Numbered from the stretch's first letter, positions 45,634-54,634 are shown. The stretch is 64,000 nt of DNA from a virus (IMGVR_UViG_3300009092_000002:12504-76503); one strand, 5' to 3'. Program-made: numbers and translations. The notes: a model not told the origin generated them from the letters alone.

Positions 45634-45917
45634 TCTGTCGCTCCAACGTAAAAGAAGCAGCGCTTAGTATCGAGTCCGACAATTGGAACATTCGGACACG
45701 CCTTGATGAATTCTTCGAGAGTGGCGCGACGGATAATCTGAGCGGCTATCGAGCCATCATCAGAAAGGTAGACGCAACCCGGCGCCATATCCTCAGAGTG
45801 AACGATATAGACATAGGGGCGTCCGTCTATTAGTTCGTCTCCCTTGAAAAAGCAGTCGCCCGACTCCGTAACATGGTCGGCCTTTTGCCGGACAATATCA
45901 CCGCGAGACAGTTTCAT
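45630..45917 (-). CDS. Hypothetical protein
   Basis: RBS; MKLSRGDIV start. Confidence 0.5.
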   Translation of the reverse strand: MKLSRGDIVRQKADHVTESGDCFFKGDELIDGRPYVYIVHSEDMAPGCVYLSDDGSIAAQIIRRATLEEFIKACPNVPIVGLDTKRCFFYVGATD

Positions 45918-46065
45918 TCCTTTTTCCTCTTCTTCCTCTTCTCGACAGCCGCCCGCTCCGTCGCGCGCTTGGCAAGCCACCGCTTGCGCTCCGACTCTGG
46001 GAAGTAGTTAGGGCTGGCGATCTGCGCGCGGAGCCAGGTGGAGTAGGGGAGGGGATGGGGGAGCA

Positions 46066-47211
46066 TCACGCGGAAACCTCCAGTCCATCGAACAAGCCAG
46101 GATGCCGCCTACATGCGGGTGAGAACCAAATGCGCTCCCGTGCCGAGTTCTCGCGCCCAGATCCCGTTCCCTGACTCCCATAACCGCCACGCGCTTTCCA
46201 TGCCAAGCACTCCCAGGAGTCCGGCATCTGGTGTTCACCGTCGTACCCAAAGAGCGCAATCCTTAGGAGCGGATTGTCGCCGTTGGCGATAGCCCATTCG
46301 CGAACCACATGAGCAACAGAGCCGCTGTCAGTGCTGTACAGATCGCCAGTGCGTTCCGCTTCGTCAGCGTAAGGCGGATCTAGGAAGACTCCAGTAATAC
46401 CGAGCTTGACCGTAGGCGAAGGCCCGAGCACGCGGCTCCAATCGCCACAACAGACACGCACGCGCCGCAATCGCTCCGCTAGTCCGCGCATGTAGCCGGT
46501 GAGAAACTCTAAATCCCGCGTTCCCGAGGTGAGGTCGCTTACGCACTCGAACTCTCCCGTTCCCGCGTTCCCGAGGTGAGGTCGCTTACGGTGTACTCCC
46601 GTTCCCGCGTTCCCGAGGTGAGGTAGCTGGCGATTTACCCCTTTTCCCGCGTTCCCGAGGTGAGGTAGCTGGCGAGAGCACCATCCCGAGCCGATCCAAA
46701 TACACTGTCCCCATACCCACCATCCTGCGATCTTGACATCATAAAAATCAGGCTCCGTCTTCATCCGCTCGCGAAATTCTTCCTGATGAACCAGCCATAA
46801 ATGCCGTGCGTGTTGATCCGCTTCGTTAACCGGATTGTCAGCGTGATCGGCAACGCCTTCCGGGTCACGCTGAACTGCTCTCCAGAAGTTTGCGACAAGG
46901 CAATCCAGATCGTTGACTGTTTCGATTCCCGGAGTAGTTGGTCGCCCGAGCAGCACCGCCCCGCTGCCAAAGAAGGGTTCGCAATAGTTCGCAACATCAC
47001 CGAACCGATCCCAGACGATATCCGCGACGCGGGACTTTCCGCCGAACCAAGGGAACGGTGCTCGAAGATCCTGCTGAAGCAAGCGCTTCTCCGTACTCCA
47101 GTCTTTAAGCGCCAACGTCAGGCCGTGAATGTCTGGATTCCCGCTGAGCAACTCTTGCTCGACGGCGGCAATCTCACGGTCGCAGCGCAACAGATCGTCT
47201 TTCACTCGCAC
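46066..47211 (-). CDS. Orphan N6-adenine DNA methyltransferase (D12 class)
   Basis: PFPWFGGKS, YCEPFFGSGAV, NDLD, FLDPPY motifs. Confidence 0.92.
   Translation of the reverse strand: MRVKDDLLRCDREIAAVEQELLSGNPDIHGLTLALKDWSTEKRLLQQDLRAPFPWFGGKSRVADIVWDRFGDVANYCEPFFGSGAVLLGRPTTPGIETVNDLDCLVANFWRAVQRDPEGVADHADNPVNEADQHARHLWLVHQEEFRERMKTEPDFYDVKIAGWWVWGQCIWIGSGWCSRQLPHLGNAGKGVNRQLPHLGNAGTGVHRKRPHLGNAGTGEFECVSDLTSGTRDLEFLTGYMRGLAERLRRVRVCCGDWSRVLGPSPTVKLGITGVFLDPPYADEAERTGDLYSTDSGSVAHVVREWAIANGDNPLLRIALFGYDGEHQMPDSWECLAWKARGGYGSQGTGSGRENSARERIWFSPACRRHPGLFDGLEVSA
46514..46666 (-). repeat. Four copies of a 22-bp repeat inside the MTase gene
   Basis: TCCCGCGTTCCCGAGGTGAGGT (+ strand) at 46514, 46561, 46603, 46645. 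Confidence 0.9.
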
Positions 47212-47414
47212 CCCCTGAACAGCGGCAGATCATCAGGCGGCTCACCAGCCTGTCCGCGCCACTTCCTCGCGCAGGTGCCGATCAGGGAATTCGGGTCGGC
47301 GCTGAGTGCGGGATCGGCCATCAGGATTTCGGCGACCTCCGCGTTGATCTCGTCTGCGGTTTTCTGCCGGCGCTTGACGGTGGGCTCGGGGATGTAGCGG
47401 CGCTTAAAGGACAT
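47202..47414 (-). CDS. Hypothetical protein
   Basis: Overlap coupling. Confidence 0.45.
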   Translation of the reverse strand: MSFKRRYIPEPTVKRRQKTADEINAEVAEILMADPALSADPNSLIGTCARKWRGQAGEPPDDLPLFRGCE

Positions 47415-47958
47415 GGGGCACCACCTTCTCGATGTCGTGCCAAGTTAAAGCGACGGCCAACGCAGCCCACAGATCCCCACTGACGCCGTAAAGCGGTCCA
47501 GGCGTAGCCTTCTTGCCTATCGCCTTCTCCTTGCCTCCAAAGCGGTCCAGGATCGCCTGACGGATATTTCCATCCTTCGCGCGGGAATCGTGGCAAAGGT
47601 GGATTTTCACTTCAAGACGCTTCATGCGACCGACGCGATCCATGCCGTAGGCTTCAGCGAATCGACCAGACCAGAAAACCGTCTCGAACGTGGTTTCCCC
47701 TACTGCCATTCCGTACGATGCGATCTGCTCGATAACAAGCGGAACGATGCGCGGACCATGCCGCCAGGAATACAGTAGGTCGATGATGTCCTGATTTGGC
47801 GCGTACCGCATCAGGTCGATACTTTCGCCGTTCCAGACAACAAGAGCGCTGTATTCGTTGCCGGGATCGATCGCAATGACGGGCCGCTGGGGAAGTGGCT
47901 GGATTGCTAAATCAGATTGCGACCGTATTGTTTCGGTACTTCGTGTTAAAGTTCCCAT
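47404..47958 (-). CDS. RuvC-like Holliday junction resolvase
   Basis: VIAIDPG, VIEQ, AKDGNIRQA, D.WAALAVA. Confidence 0.8.
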   Translation of the reverse strand: MGTLTRSTETIRSQSDLAIQPLPQRPVIAIDPGNEYSALVVWNGESIDLMRYAPNQDIIDLLYSWRHGPRIVPLVIEQIASYGMAVGETTFETVFWSGRFAEAYGMDRVGRMKRLEVKIHLCHDSRAKDGNIRQAILDRFGGKEKAIGKKATPGPLYGVSGDLWAALAVALTWHDIEKVVPHVL

Positions 47959-48053
47959 GTTCGTTAGTCATCCCCTGACTCGGACAACCCAGGCCCTCCC
48001 CATCTCCATGCGTTACCCTTGCCGGGGTAGGCAGATGGCGGGGCCTGGGGAAA

Positions 48054-48626
48054 TTAGTTCGCTTGGTGCGCTCGCAGCACCGACACCTCCACGTCCGTCA
48101 AATCCCAGGCTGCGAGCACCACCCAAGCATCTTTCCCAATGCGCTTCAACAGGTACGGATCGCGCGGAATTGCGGTCCAGTCGGCTTCCCAAAGGATGTG
48201 GTAGTCGCTTAGCTTGTCGGCCGCCGGCCGATACTGCGGTGGAATGCGCGGAAGTTGTGCGCGAAGCGTTTCTCGCGACGAGCCGGGACGATCCTTAGTC
48301 GGCCAAGGAATCTTAAAATGCCAGTCAGCAGCATTTGAGCGGCGCTCGTTTGTAAATACAACTTCGTCCGAATACCACATGTGGCAGCGAACAAACTGCT
48401 GGTCTGCTCGCATAATAGCCAACCTCGGACGCCCACGCCCATCGATCCCGCCCCGCACGATAGCATCCTGAACGCTGATGACTTTCTTGCCCTTAGCGAT
48501 GGCGCGGTAGATGCGCGTGATTTCCTTATCCAGCTTGTCGTGAACCTTCCGATGCTCGTTGTAATCGCGCAAGGCGATCAGTGCATCTTCCGGCGTGATA
48601 GCTTCGTTCAATGGTTGTACGTTCAT
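48054..48626 (-). CDS. Hypothetical protein
   Basis: G.P.LAI.RAD...P.IPP..RP....YHILWEA.W...P.DPYLL motif. Confidence 0.7.
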   Translation of the reverse strand: MNVQPLNEAITPEDALIALRDYNEHRKVHDKLDKEITRIYRAIAKGKKVISVQDAIVRGGIDGRGRPRLAIMRADQQFVRCHMWYSDEVVFTNERRSNAADWHFKIPWPTKDRPGSSRETLRAQLPRIPPQYRPAADKLSDYHILWEADWTAIPRDPYLLKRIGKDAWVVLAAWDLTDVEVSVLRAHQAN

Positions 48627-48647
48627 AGTGCTCCTTTCTTACTACGA

Positions 48648-49049
48648 TCAGCGGTCATCGTGCTCCTCCCCCGCCTGAGGCTTTGCCGCGGCGCTGGTGG
48701 AGAGAGTGTAGGAAGCCCAACCTACTCGCCTCCAAGGGCCAGCCGCTAATCGGTTCACGAGTTTGTAAGACTTGGGAAATCTGGTAACCCAATCTCGTGC
48801 TATTTCTTCGCTGGACTGCTCAATAATTCGATCCGTTTCTTGTCCACCAACGATACTCAAGATTCCCCACTCCAGCCTCCCGCACTCCTGGCAGGGCTCA
48901 GGCTCTTTAGCCGTTGGTCCGCCGCTCACCGCGTCCGCTCTTACCAGCGATCGCGAGGACTCATAGCACGGCTTGCCGTTCCGATAGAATTTGATCCACC
49001 ATTTTTCGCCGCGCTGGTAGACTATGCCCGCACCGCGCCGCTTCAGCAT
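48648..49049 (-). CDS. Chimeric ORF starting with an integrase arm-binding-domain-like fragment
   Basis: RRGAGIVYQRGEKWWIKFYRNGKPCYESS resembles tyrosine-integrase N-termini, then diverges. Confidence 0.5.
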   Translation of the reverse strand: MLKRRGAGIVYQRGEKWWIKFYRNGKPCYESSRSLVRADAVSGGPTAKEPEPCQECGRLEWGILSIVGGQETDRIIEQSSEEIARDWVTRFPKSYKLVNRLAAGPWRRVGWASYTLSTSAAAKPQAGEEHDDR

Positions 49050-49162
49050 GACGCCTCCGCATTTATGGAAATTGAGTGGAAAGAAAAAGCCAGATCAAAT
49101 AATCGACAGGGCGGTTGCCGTTGACAGCAACCTGCATTTCCACAGATTATCTGATTGAATTC

Positions 49163-49207
49163 TGGTGAGCCGGGCGGGACTCGAACCCGCGACCCTTTGA
49201 TTAAAAG
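49163..49207 (-). tRNA. 3' half only of tRNA-Lys(TTT): attP core, not a complete tRNA
   Basis: Minus strand CTTTTAATCAAAGGGTCGCGGGTTCGAGTCCCGCCCGGCTCACCA: anticodon loop, T-arm GGTTCGA, acceptor 3' strand and CCA; no D-arm or 5' acceptor upstream. Confidence 0.88.
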
Positions 49208-49215
49208 ACAAAATG

Positions 49216-49875
49216 TCACTGGGGTACTTCCTCATTAAACTCAATACTTTGCGATTTAAAAATGGAATTCGAGCGGAGCATTGCGTCAGCAGCCCCAGTT
49301 AGAGGGTAAAAGACGTTGGAAACGTCTGCGGCTGAGGCGTACACGATTTCTCGCCCGTCGATCACCACCGCGAGAACATCGAACTTGCCAACGTTTCGAG
49401 ACACGTCGCAGAAGATGGCGCCGGACTGTTCACGGCGACCACTCTTCACCTCAACCTTGACCGTCTTCCAATCGGGGAGAATCACCAGCAGATCGCAGGG
49501 CGCTCCAGGACTCACGGCTTTGTACGGGTGTAGGCCCTTCGCGATCAGATCAGCCGTGACGATCAGCTCGGCAAGAACGCCGCGACTTTGTTTGTCGATG
49601 CTGTTTTCGGTTGCCGCTTTCCACTCCATCGGCACAATAAAATCGACAGCGGAAATCAGCCGCAGGTTGTCGCGGATCGCGCCCTCGCGCCGCATTATGT
49701 CGTCCAGCTTGGCGCGCGCCTCCTCTTCGGTAACCTCATCGATCCGACCGAGCATGACGCTTCGTCTGCCATCTTTCGCGCACTTTCCGGTCGCAGTGAA
49801 AAGTCCACGCCACTGATTGCCCTGCTTTGAAACGCAGCCGGTTCTCTTGCGCCCGCGTTTTTTGCGTGTAATCAA
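49216..49875 (-). CDS. PD-(D/E)XK endonuclease with N-terminal integrase-arm-like domain
   Basis: TTG start with GGAGG; G..AE..V.A.L...G....PCDLLV...KVEVKS; N-terminal RKRTGCVSKQGNQWRG. Confidence 0.7.
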   Translation of the reverse strand: MITRKKRGRKRTGCVSKQGNQWRGLFTATGKCAKDGRRSVMLGRIDEVTEEEARAKLDDIMRREGAIRDNLRLISAVDFIVPMEWKAATENSIDKQSRGVLAELIVTADLIAKGLHPYKAVSPGAPCDLLVILPDWKTVKVEVKSGRREQSGAIFCDVSRNVGKFDVLAVVIDGREIVYASAADVSNVFYPLTGAADAMLRSNSIFKSQSIEFNEEVPQ

Positions 49876-50075
49876 TTCGACCTCCCGGCCCCGTTTGCAA
49901 ATTCGGCCTTGGCCTGTTCGATTGCAAGAAATCCTGGACACATTTCTGCAAGGTCAGCAGTACAGGCGTCGGCGAATGTCCCCAGCTTCGCGTCGCACCT
50001 TTTGCATATCACCGAGTCGCCGAGAGAACGCTCGACAAACGCCCTTTCATCCCGCAAGCGCTGTGACAGTTTCAT
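49872..50075 (-). CDS. Small Cys-rich protein (paralog 1)
   Basis: CKRC...C...C; near-identical copy at 61015-61215. Confidence 0.7.
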   Translation of the reverse strand: MKLSQRLRDERAFVERSLGDSVICKRCDAKLGTFADACTADLAEMCPGFLAIEQAKAEFANGAGRSN

Positions 50076-50323
50076 GCAGCATCCTCTTCGGCATAGGCCG
50101 CGCGTGTTTCTTCTCCATAGTTCGGCGGATCATCGACAGCGCCCAAGTGTCCAGATTTCCACTTGTCGCACCGCTGCCTCTCGGTCACATATTTCCCGGA
50201 GAATGGGCCTCCATCGACAAGACACATGGCCTCCACTGGTCCGCCGCCTCGACACTGCGCCACCATCTCGCTCCAGAAGCGACACCCTGCACAATTCTTT
50301 GTTTCACCGTATGTTCTGCTCAA
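50072..50323 (-). CDS. Small Cys-rich protein
   Basis: CAGCRFWSE...AMCL...CDKW. Confidence 0.6.
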   Translation of the reverse strand: MSRTYGETKNCAGCRFWSEMVAQCRGGGPVEAMCLVDGGPFSGKYVTERQRCDKWKSGHLGAVDDPPNYGEETRAAYAEEDAA

Positions 50324-51462
50324 TTCGGCCTCCCCGTAGCCTTCTCAAGTTGTCCCCGCATTCGCTCTCGACTCGGATGCGTGTACACCGTGCTCATTTC
50401 CGGCCGATGCCCAAGGATGCGCGACTTCTCCTCGACCGTCATCACCTGGTCCATGTTGGTCGATGCCGTGTGCCGCAGGTTATAGAACGTGAGCCACGGC
50501 ATCCCTACAGCCTTCGCCGCCGGCGTCAGGTAGCGCTTGGCGAGGTTCCCAATACGCAGCGGCTTCCCCACACTGGACACAAACACGGGCGAGTCCGGTG
50601 TGTTGAACTTCGACGCCTCGTAGAGTTCAGTAAAGGCCATCCAGGCGTCCACGGTCAAAGGGATTTCCCGGCGATGCACGTCACGCTTGGGTGATGCCTT
50701 CCAATGCCCGTTCGTGAAGCTCTCCGCGATCCTGATGGTGAAGTTCGGACCCACCAGATCAACGTTGCGCCAGCGCAGCCCGCACGCCTCGCCTGGTCGC
50801 ATTCCGGTGAGCGCCAGAACGCGCACGAAACCGCGGTACCGCTCGTCGATCGCAGCGACCAGTAAATCTACCTGGTCTCGCGTGAGCGCCGTTTTCTCGG
50901 GGCGTTTGTACTCGGGGAGTCGGCAGCGTCTTGCGGGATTGCCGGTAGCAAGCCACTCGGCGTCTTCGGCAAGGTGGAAGACGCCAGAAGTAATTGCTTT
51001 AGCGAGATGGGCAGTTCTGAGACCCGCAGCAGTAATCGTTCGTTCCAGCATCCTTTGCACATCGTCCCTCCTGATCTCCGATAATCGCTTGTCGCCCAGC
51101 GCCGGCAGAATGTACCGCTTCAGAATCGACTCGTAGGAATCGCGGGTGTTCTTCTCCTTGCGGTTCAGATGCTCCGGCCGGTACTTGCGCTCGACGAATT
51201 CGGCAAACGTGGCAGCGCTCGACGGCGTGCGGGTGTTCTGATCCAACCGCGAGAGGTAGGTCTCCCAGGCCTTGCGCCGGGCCTCACGGATGCCGTAGCC
51301 GTCCATCTGGCCGTTCTGTTTTGATGGGCAGACCACGACAGGGGCGCTCCAGCCGCGCTTCAGCTTGCCGTCAGCGCCTACCTGATCCACCTTCCATCGA
51401 AGCTTCCACCAGCCATTTTGATTGTACAGATCACCTTTTTGCTGTAAACGTCTTCGAGCCAT
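50320..51462 (-). CDS. int: Tyrosine integrase
   Basis: TGMRPGEACGLRW, YNLRHT, ILGH, YTH; arm-type N-terminus; ~1.1 kb from the att core. Confidence 0.92.
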   Translation of the reverse strand: MARRRLQQKGDLYNQNGWWKLRWKVDQVGADGKLKRGWSAPVVVCPSKQNGQMDGYGIREARRKAWETYLSRLDQNTRTPSSAATFAEFVERKYRPEHLNRKEKNTRDSYESILKRYILPALGDKRLSEIRRDDVQRMLERTITAAGLRTAHLAKAITSGVFHLAEDAEWLATGNPARRCRLPEYKRPEKTALTRDQVDLLVAAIDERYRGFVRVLALTGMRPGEACGLRWRNVDLVGPNFTIRIAESFTNGHWKASPKRDVHRREIPLTVDAWMAFTELYEASKFNTPDSPVFVSSVGKPLRIGNLAKRYLTPAAKAVGMPWLTFYNLRHTASTNMDQVMTVEEKSRILGHRPEMSTVYTHPSRERMRGQLEKATGRPN

Positions 51463-51536
51463 ATCGTTGCAATCGTCTCCAAGGGAGGTTATACCGAATG
51501 CATCGATTACATAGGCCTCGGAATTTGTTTTTGATC

Positions 51537-52061
51537 TCATTCTGTCGCCGACTTCTCTTCAATGGAAAACCGTCCGTGCCATCCACGTTTGCGCTCAGTA
51601 ACGGCAGGCACTGTCAGTGTCTGCTCGACAGTCCATCCTGCCTTCAACCGATCCCGCAATGTCGCGCTGGCAATTCCTAATTCCTCTGACCAGACGACCA
51701 ACGGCTGAGTTTTTCCATGAAAGGTAAGATTGTGATTGCGATTTTCCCAGTTACGGGCTTGCTCTTTTCGTGTCGCCCAACGGCAGTTGCTAGGTTCGTA
51801 GTTTCCACTTGGATTGGGGTATCTGTCGAGGGTGTGTTTAGGGGACAACTTCGGCCCCATGTCCGCAAAGAATTTTTGGAAACTTAACCAGCGAGCGCAA
51901 ACATCAATTCCCTTGCCACCATAATGCTTCCATGTGGGAGAGTTTGGGTTCCTCACCCTTGTAAGCATTGCTGCCCATGACCTGTATTCGCCGGGGTACA
52001 GTTTTTGGGTAGGCCGTTCCTCCCGCCCAGCCCGCGCGGGATTTGAGTGGAGAAGGGTCAT
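51537..52061 (-). CDS. HNH endonuclease-like protein
   Basis: EYRSW..M..R..NP....W..YGG.GI.VC.RW..F..F.ADMG....TLDR....GNYEP.NCRWAT..EQ.RN. Confidence 0.85.
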   Translation of the reverse strand: MTLLHSNPARAGREERPTQKLYPGEYRSWAAMLTRVRNPNSPTWKHYGGKGIDVCARWLSFQKFFADMGPKLSPKHTLDRYPNPSGNYEPSNCRWATRKEQARNWENRNHNLTFHGKTQPLVVWSEELGIASATLRDRLKAGWTVEQTLTVPAVTERKRGWHGRFSIEEKSATE

Positions 52062-52534
52062 GGGATTGGCAAGTCTCGGTATTTTATTCCGGCTTCCTCT
52101 AATAAACATCGAGCAAGCTTCAAATCTTCGTGCCAACGGGAAGGCGTTGGTTTAACCGGATATGAGATGATCTCGGTAATCCCAACCTGGATAATTTCAA
52201 CAGTGCATCGCGTACACGGTGGACCTCCCCACACCAGTCCTGTATCATCCGTAGCTGCCAGATAGAGCGTACATCCCTTGAGGCGCATTCCAGTCCGCGC
52301 CGCCGCTAGTAATGCGTTCATTTCGGCATGAACTACCAACTTGAGTTTTGTATCCCTATCCCTCAAACGCTCTGTTGTGTCTGCAATCCCACGAGGAAAC
52401 CCGTTAAATCCACCGGATAGAATCTCCCGATCAGGACCTACAATTACAGAACCTACCCGAGTCTCTGGATCTTTAGAGAGTCGAGAGTGATACAGCGCCA
52501 TTCCCAGGAAATGCTCGTCCCAGCGTTTGCTCAT
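52058..52534 (-). CDS. dCMP deaminase (ComEB family)
   Basis: SKDP.T.VG, GFNGFPRG, VHAEMNA, PCTRC. Confidence 0.92.
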   Translation of the reverse strand: MSKRWDEHFLGMALYHSRLSKDPETRVGSVIVGPDREILSGGFNGFPRGIADTTERLRDRDTKLKLVVHAEMNALLAAARTGMRLKGCTLYLAATDDTGLVWGGPPCTRCTVEIIQVGITEIISYPVKPTPSRWHEDLKLARCLLEEAGIKYRDLPIP

Positions 52535-52586
52535 CTCGCTTCCGCCCCCTCGTGCGGGTTAGTTGGATTGGGGTTGGTGGTCATGA

Positions 52587-53381
52587 TCATTTCCGCACGC
52601 TCTTTAAAACTGGGCTCCAGAGTTTTGCGATAGCTATAGCCTGTGGGGTTGGAGTCAAACGCTTTCCTAGATAGGATTCATTCATCAGTTGGTCGCCTTC
52701 AATATGAGGAACGCCAAGCAGATGTCCAAGTTCGTGCATGAAAATTGTCCTATAATCGATTGCGGCATCATCGCGAATTCCGTCCAAGACAATATCCCCC
52801 TTCGTTGCGCACGCTATCGGGGTACCAGTTCCCGAGCAGGAGCCTTTCTCCCCGGAAAGTAGACGCGGGCGGCGAATACTCAGACGCTCAACGCCCAGCG
52901 CCTTTCTCCACGCGACAATGGCCGACGTAAGGGCCGAATTGAGGACTGGCGATACTACTGCAGAGTGCGCGGAGGTGATCGTTTTCTCAAAATTGGTGAC
53001 CATGACTGCTTTCTTGTCGCGCTCCTGTTGCTGTGCCTTCACGGACTCCAACCATACCCTCACAATACGAAGAATTACTTGCTCGGGAGTAAACTCCGGG
53101 GCTATTTTCAATTCGCCACCATTCTCCACGTCACGGATGGAGGCCATCCACTTGGAGCCTGCGTTTTCGCAAGAATGTGTAAAAACCAGGTTCCCCGGAA
53201 TGCGCGCCCTTCTTTCGGCTTCCGTGGATCGTTCGCACTCCTCCTGCGCTTCCTTGGTGCTTCCCGAGTACAGTTCAATAAAGGTGTGGCCCATGCCGTC
53301 CATTGCCGTAAAAATGCCTTGGGCTTGACCGCTGGCCGCAAAAATAAACATCAGATACAGCGAAAAATATCTTGTTTTCAC
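52587..53381 (-). CDS. Exported M10/matrixin-like zinc metallopeptidase
   Basis: Signal peptide; HELGHLLGVPH plus Met-turn LMN. Confidence 0.8.
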   Translation of the reverse strand: MKTRYFSLYLMFIFAASGQAQGIFTAMDGMGHTFIELYSGSTKEAQEECERSTEAERRARIPGNLVFTHSCENAGSKWMASIRDVENGGELKIAPEFTPEQVILRIVRVWLESVKAQQQERDKKAVMVTNFEKTITSAHSAVVSPVLNSALTSAIVAWRKALGVERLSIRRPRLLSGEKGSCSGTGTPIACATKGDIVLDGIRDDAAIDYRTIFMHELGHLLGVPHIEGDQLMNESYLGKRLTPTPQAIAIAKLWSPVLKSVRK

Positions 53382-53581
53382 CGCCCCACCTCCACCACGA
53401 CCACGCGATTCCGCTTGCACCAGGAGCGCCAGGATTCAGGAAAGCAAGCGCCCTGTCGCTTACCGCTAATCCAAGTCAGCCTAAGCGGGTCACGGAACAC
53501 TTTGCCTACCCGCCGTTCCCGCCCATCCTCCGTCCGCACCACGTCGCCGGGCTGGGGGTCAGATAGTGGACTACGAGTCAT
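53378..53581 (-). CDS. Hypothetical protein
   Basis: Overlap coupling; P..DPQPGDVV motif. Confidence 0.6.
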   Translation of the reverse strand: MTRSPLSDPQPGDVVRTEDGRERRVGKVFRDPLRLTWISGKRQGACFPESWRSWCKRNRVVVVEVGR

Positions 53582-53886
53582 GACGCGACTCCAGGATCAA
53601 TTCCGAGCGCCCGTAGTCCCGGTATCTCGACATGTACGAGAAGCTTTGGCCTGCCGCCCCGCTCCGGAGTAGCCTCACCGTTCCGTGTCGTGATCATGTA
53701 CTCAGTTTCTAAGCGTTCCAATGCTAGATAAATGTGTCCTAGCGATACAACACGCCTGGTTTTGCGCATTGCATCGTAGATTGTCAGACCGTAGGCCCGA
53801 TCCCCGAGTTCGTGAGCCGCTGTCAGCACGGCAAGATCAAAATTCGTCAAACCGCCCGCCTGGGGATTAGAAATTGGACTTCTCAT
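53578..53886 (-). CDS. PadR-family winged-helix regulator
   Basis: AYG..I...........SLGHIY.AL.RLE.........TPERGGRPK. Confidence 0.8.
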   Translation of the reverse strand: MRSPISNPQAGGLTNFDLAVLTAAHELGDRAYGLTIYDAMRKTRRVVSLGHIYLALERLETEYMITTRNGEATPERGGRPKLLVHVEIPGLRALGIDPGVAS

Positions 53887-54143
53887 AGCTTGGTCGATCC
53901 CTCCGCTGATTTTGGCTTCCAGCTCCAATTTGTCGTCCAGTTATGCGCCCAGGTTTGAACGTAGTCGCAATTTGGATGCAGGCAAATGAGTCCCCGCCTA
54001 TCTGGCAGTAGGTCACCATGGCCACTCGCGCCGCACGTGTACGAATGCCATCCACGATATGCCTGAAATTCTTTTAGCGAGGCAACCTGATCGTCAGTAA
54101 ATACGGGCTGGGGAGTTTTTGTTGCGTCGGTTTTCTTCGCCAT
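53883..54143 (-). CDS. Small Zn-binding protein
   Basis: HSYTC...GH....LIC....CDYVQTWAH. Confidence 0.6.
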   Translation of the reverse strand: MAKKTDATKTPQPVFTDDQVASLKEFQAYRGWHSYTCGASGHGDLLPDRRGLICLHPNCDYVQTWAHNWTTNWSWKPKSAEGSTKL

Positions 54144-54144
54144 A

Positions 54145-54315
54145 CTATGCCGCCCTCCTGCCACTCCACTTCCTGCCTTCCAGTTCTTGCTCAATAGCGA
54201 TCAGTCGCGAATCTGAATCCGCTCGCCGCTCGCCGAGCGCCAGCCGCTTCATTTCCGCCATAAGAGCAGAAGTGCTCCACGTGGCGTAGCGGGTGGGGAA
54301 CACGGTAATCGTCAT
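54145..54315 (-). CDS. Small hypothetical protein
   Basis: GGAG RBS. Confidence 0.45.
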   Translation of the reverse strand: MTITVFPTRYATWSTSALMAEMKRLALGERRADSDSRLIAIEQELEGRKWSGRRAA

Positions 54316-54430
54316 TTTTTCTCCAGATAACAAATGCACGGACACCGCTTGCATCCAACGGGAGCCTTCAGGTTGTGTTCACCTTTCGCGTGGCCGCAGC
54401 GACAAGGTTGGCTGGGCTTTCCCTTATTGC

Positions 54431-54634
54431 TCACGCCACCACCTCCACCGTCACACCCCGCCGCGATTCCGCTTCGGCTCGAATCTCAGGGCCGATACGC
54501 ATTTCGGTCCAGGAATAGGCGAATTCTCTGCCGCAGTCCAAGCACGCAACATACGGGCGACGGCTGCGCTTTGTCGTCAGCGGGAACGTAATCCGCTGGT
54601 GGGTACAGATTCCGAAGATGGATAAAAGCGTCAT
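54431..54634 (-). CDS. Small CxH...CxxC protein of a family typical of Acidobacteriota
   Basis: FGICTHQRITFP...YVACLDCGREFAYSW..MR. Confidence 0.65.
   Translation of the reverse strand: MTLLSIFGICTHQRITFPLTTKRSRRPYVACLDCGREFAYSWTEMRIGPEIRAEAESRRGVTVEVVA

Noticed and set aside
49163-49240. Complete phage tRNA-Lys gene
   Set aside because: 5' acceptor strand and D-arm are absent; upstream sequence is the stop of a CDS
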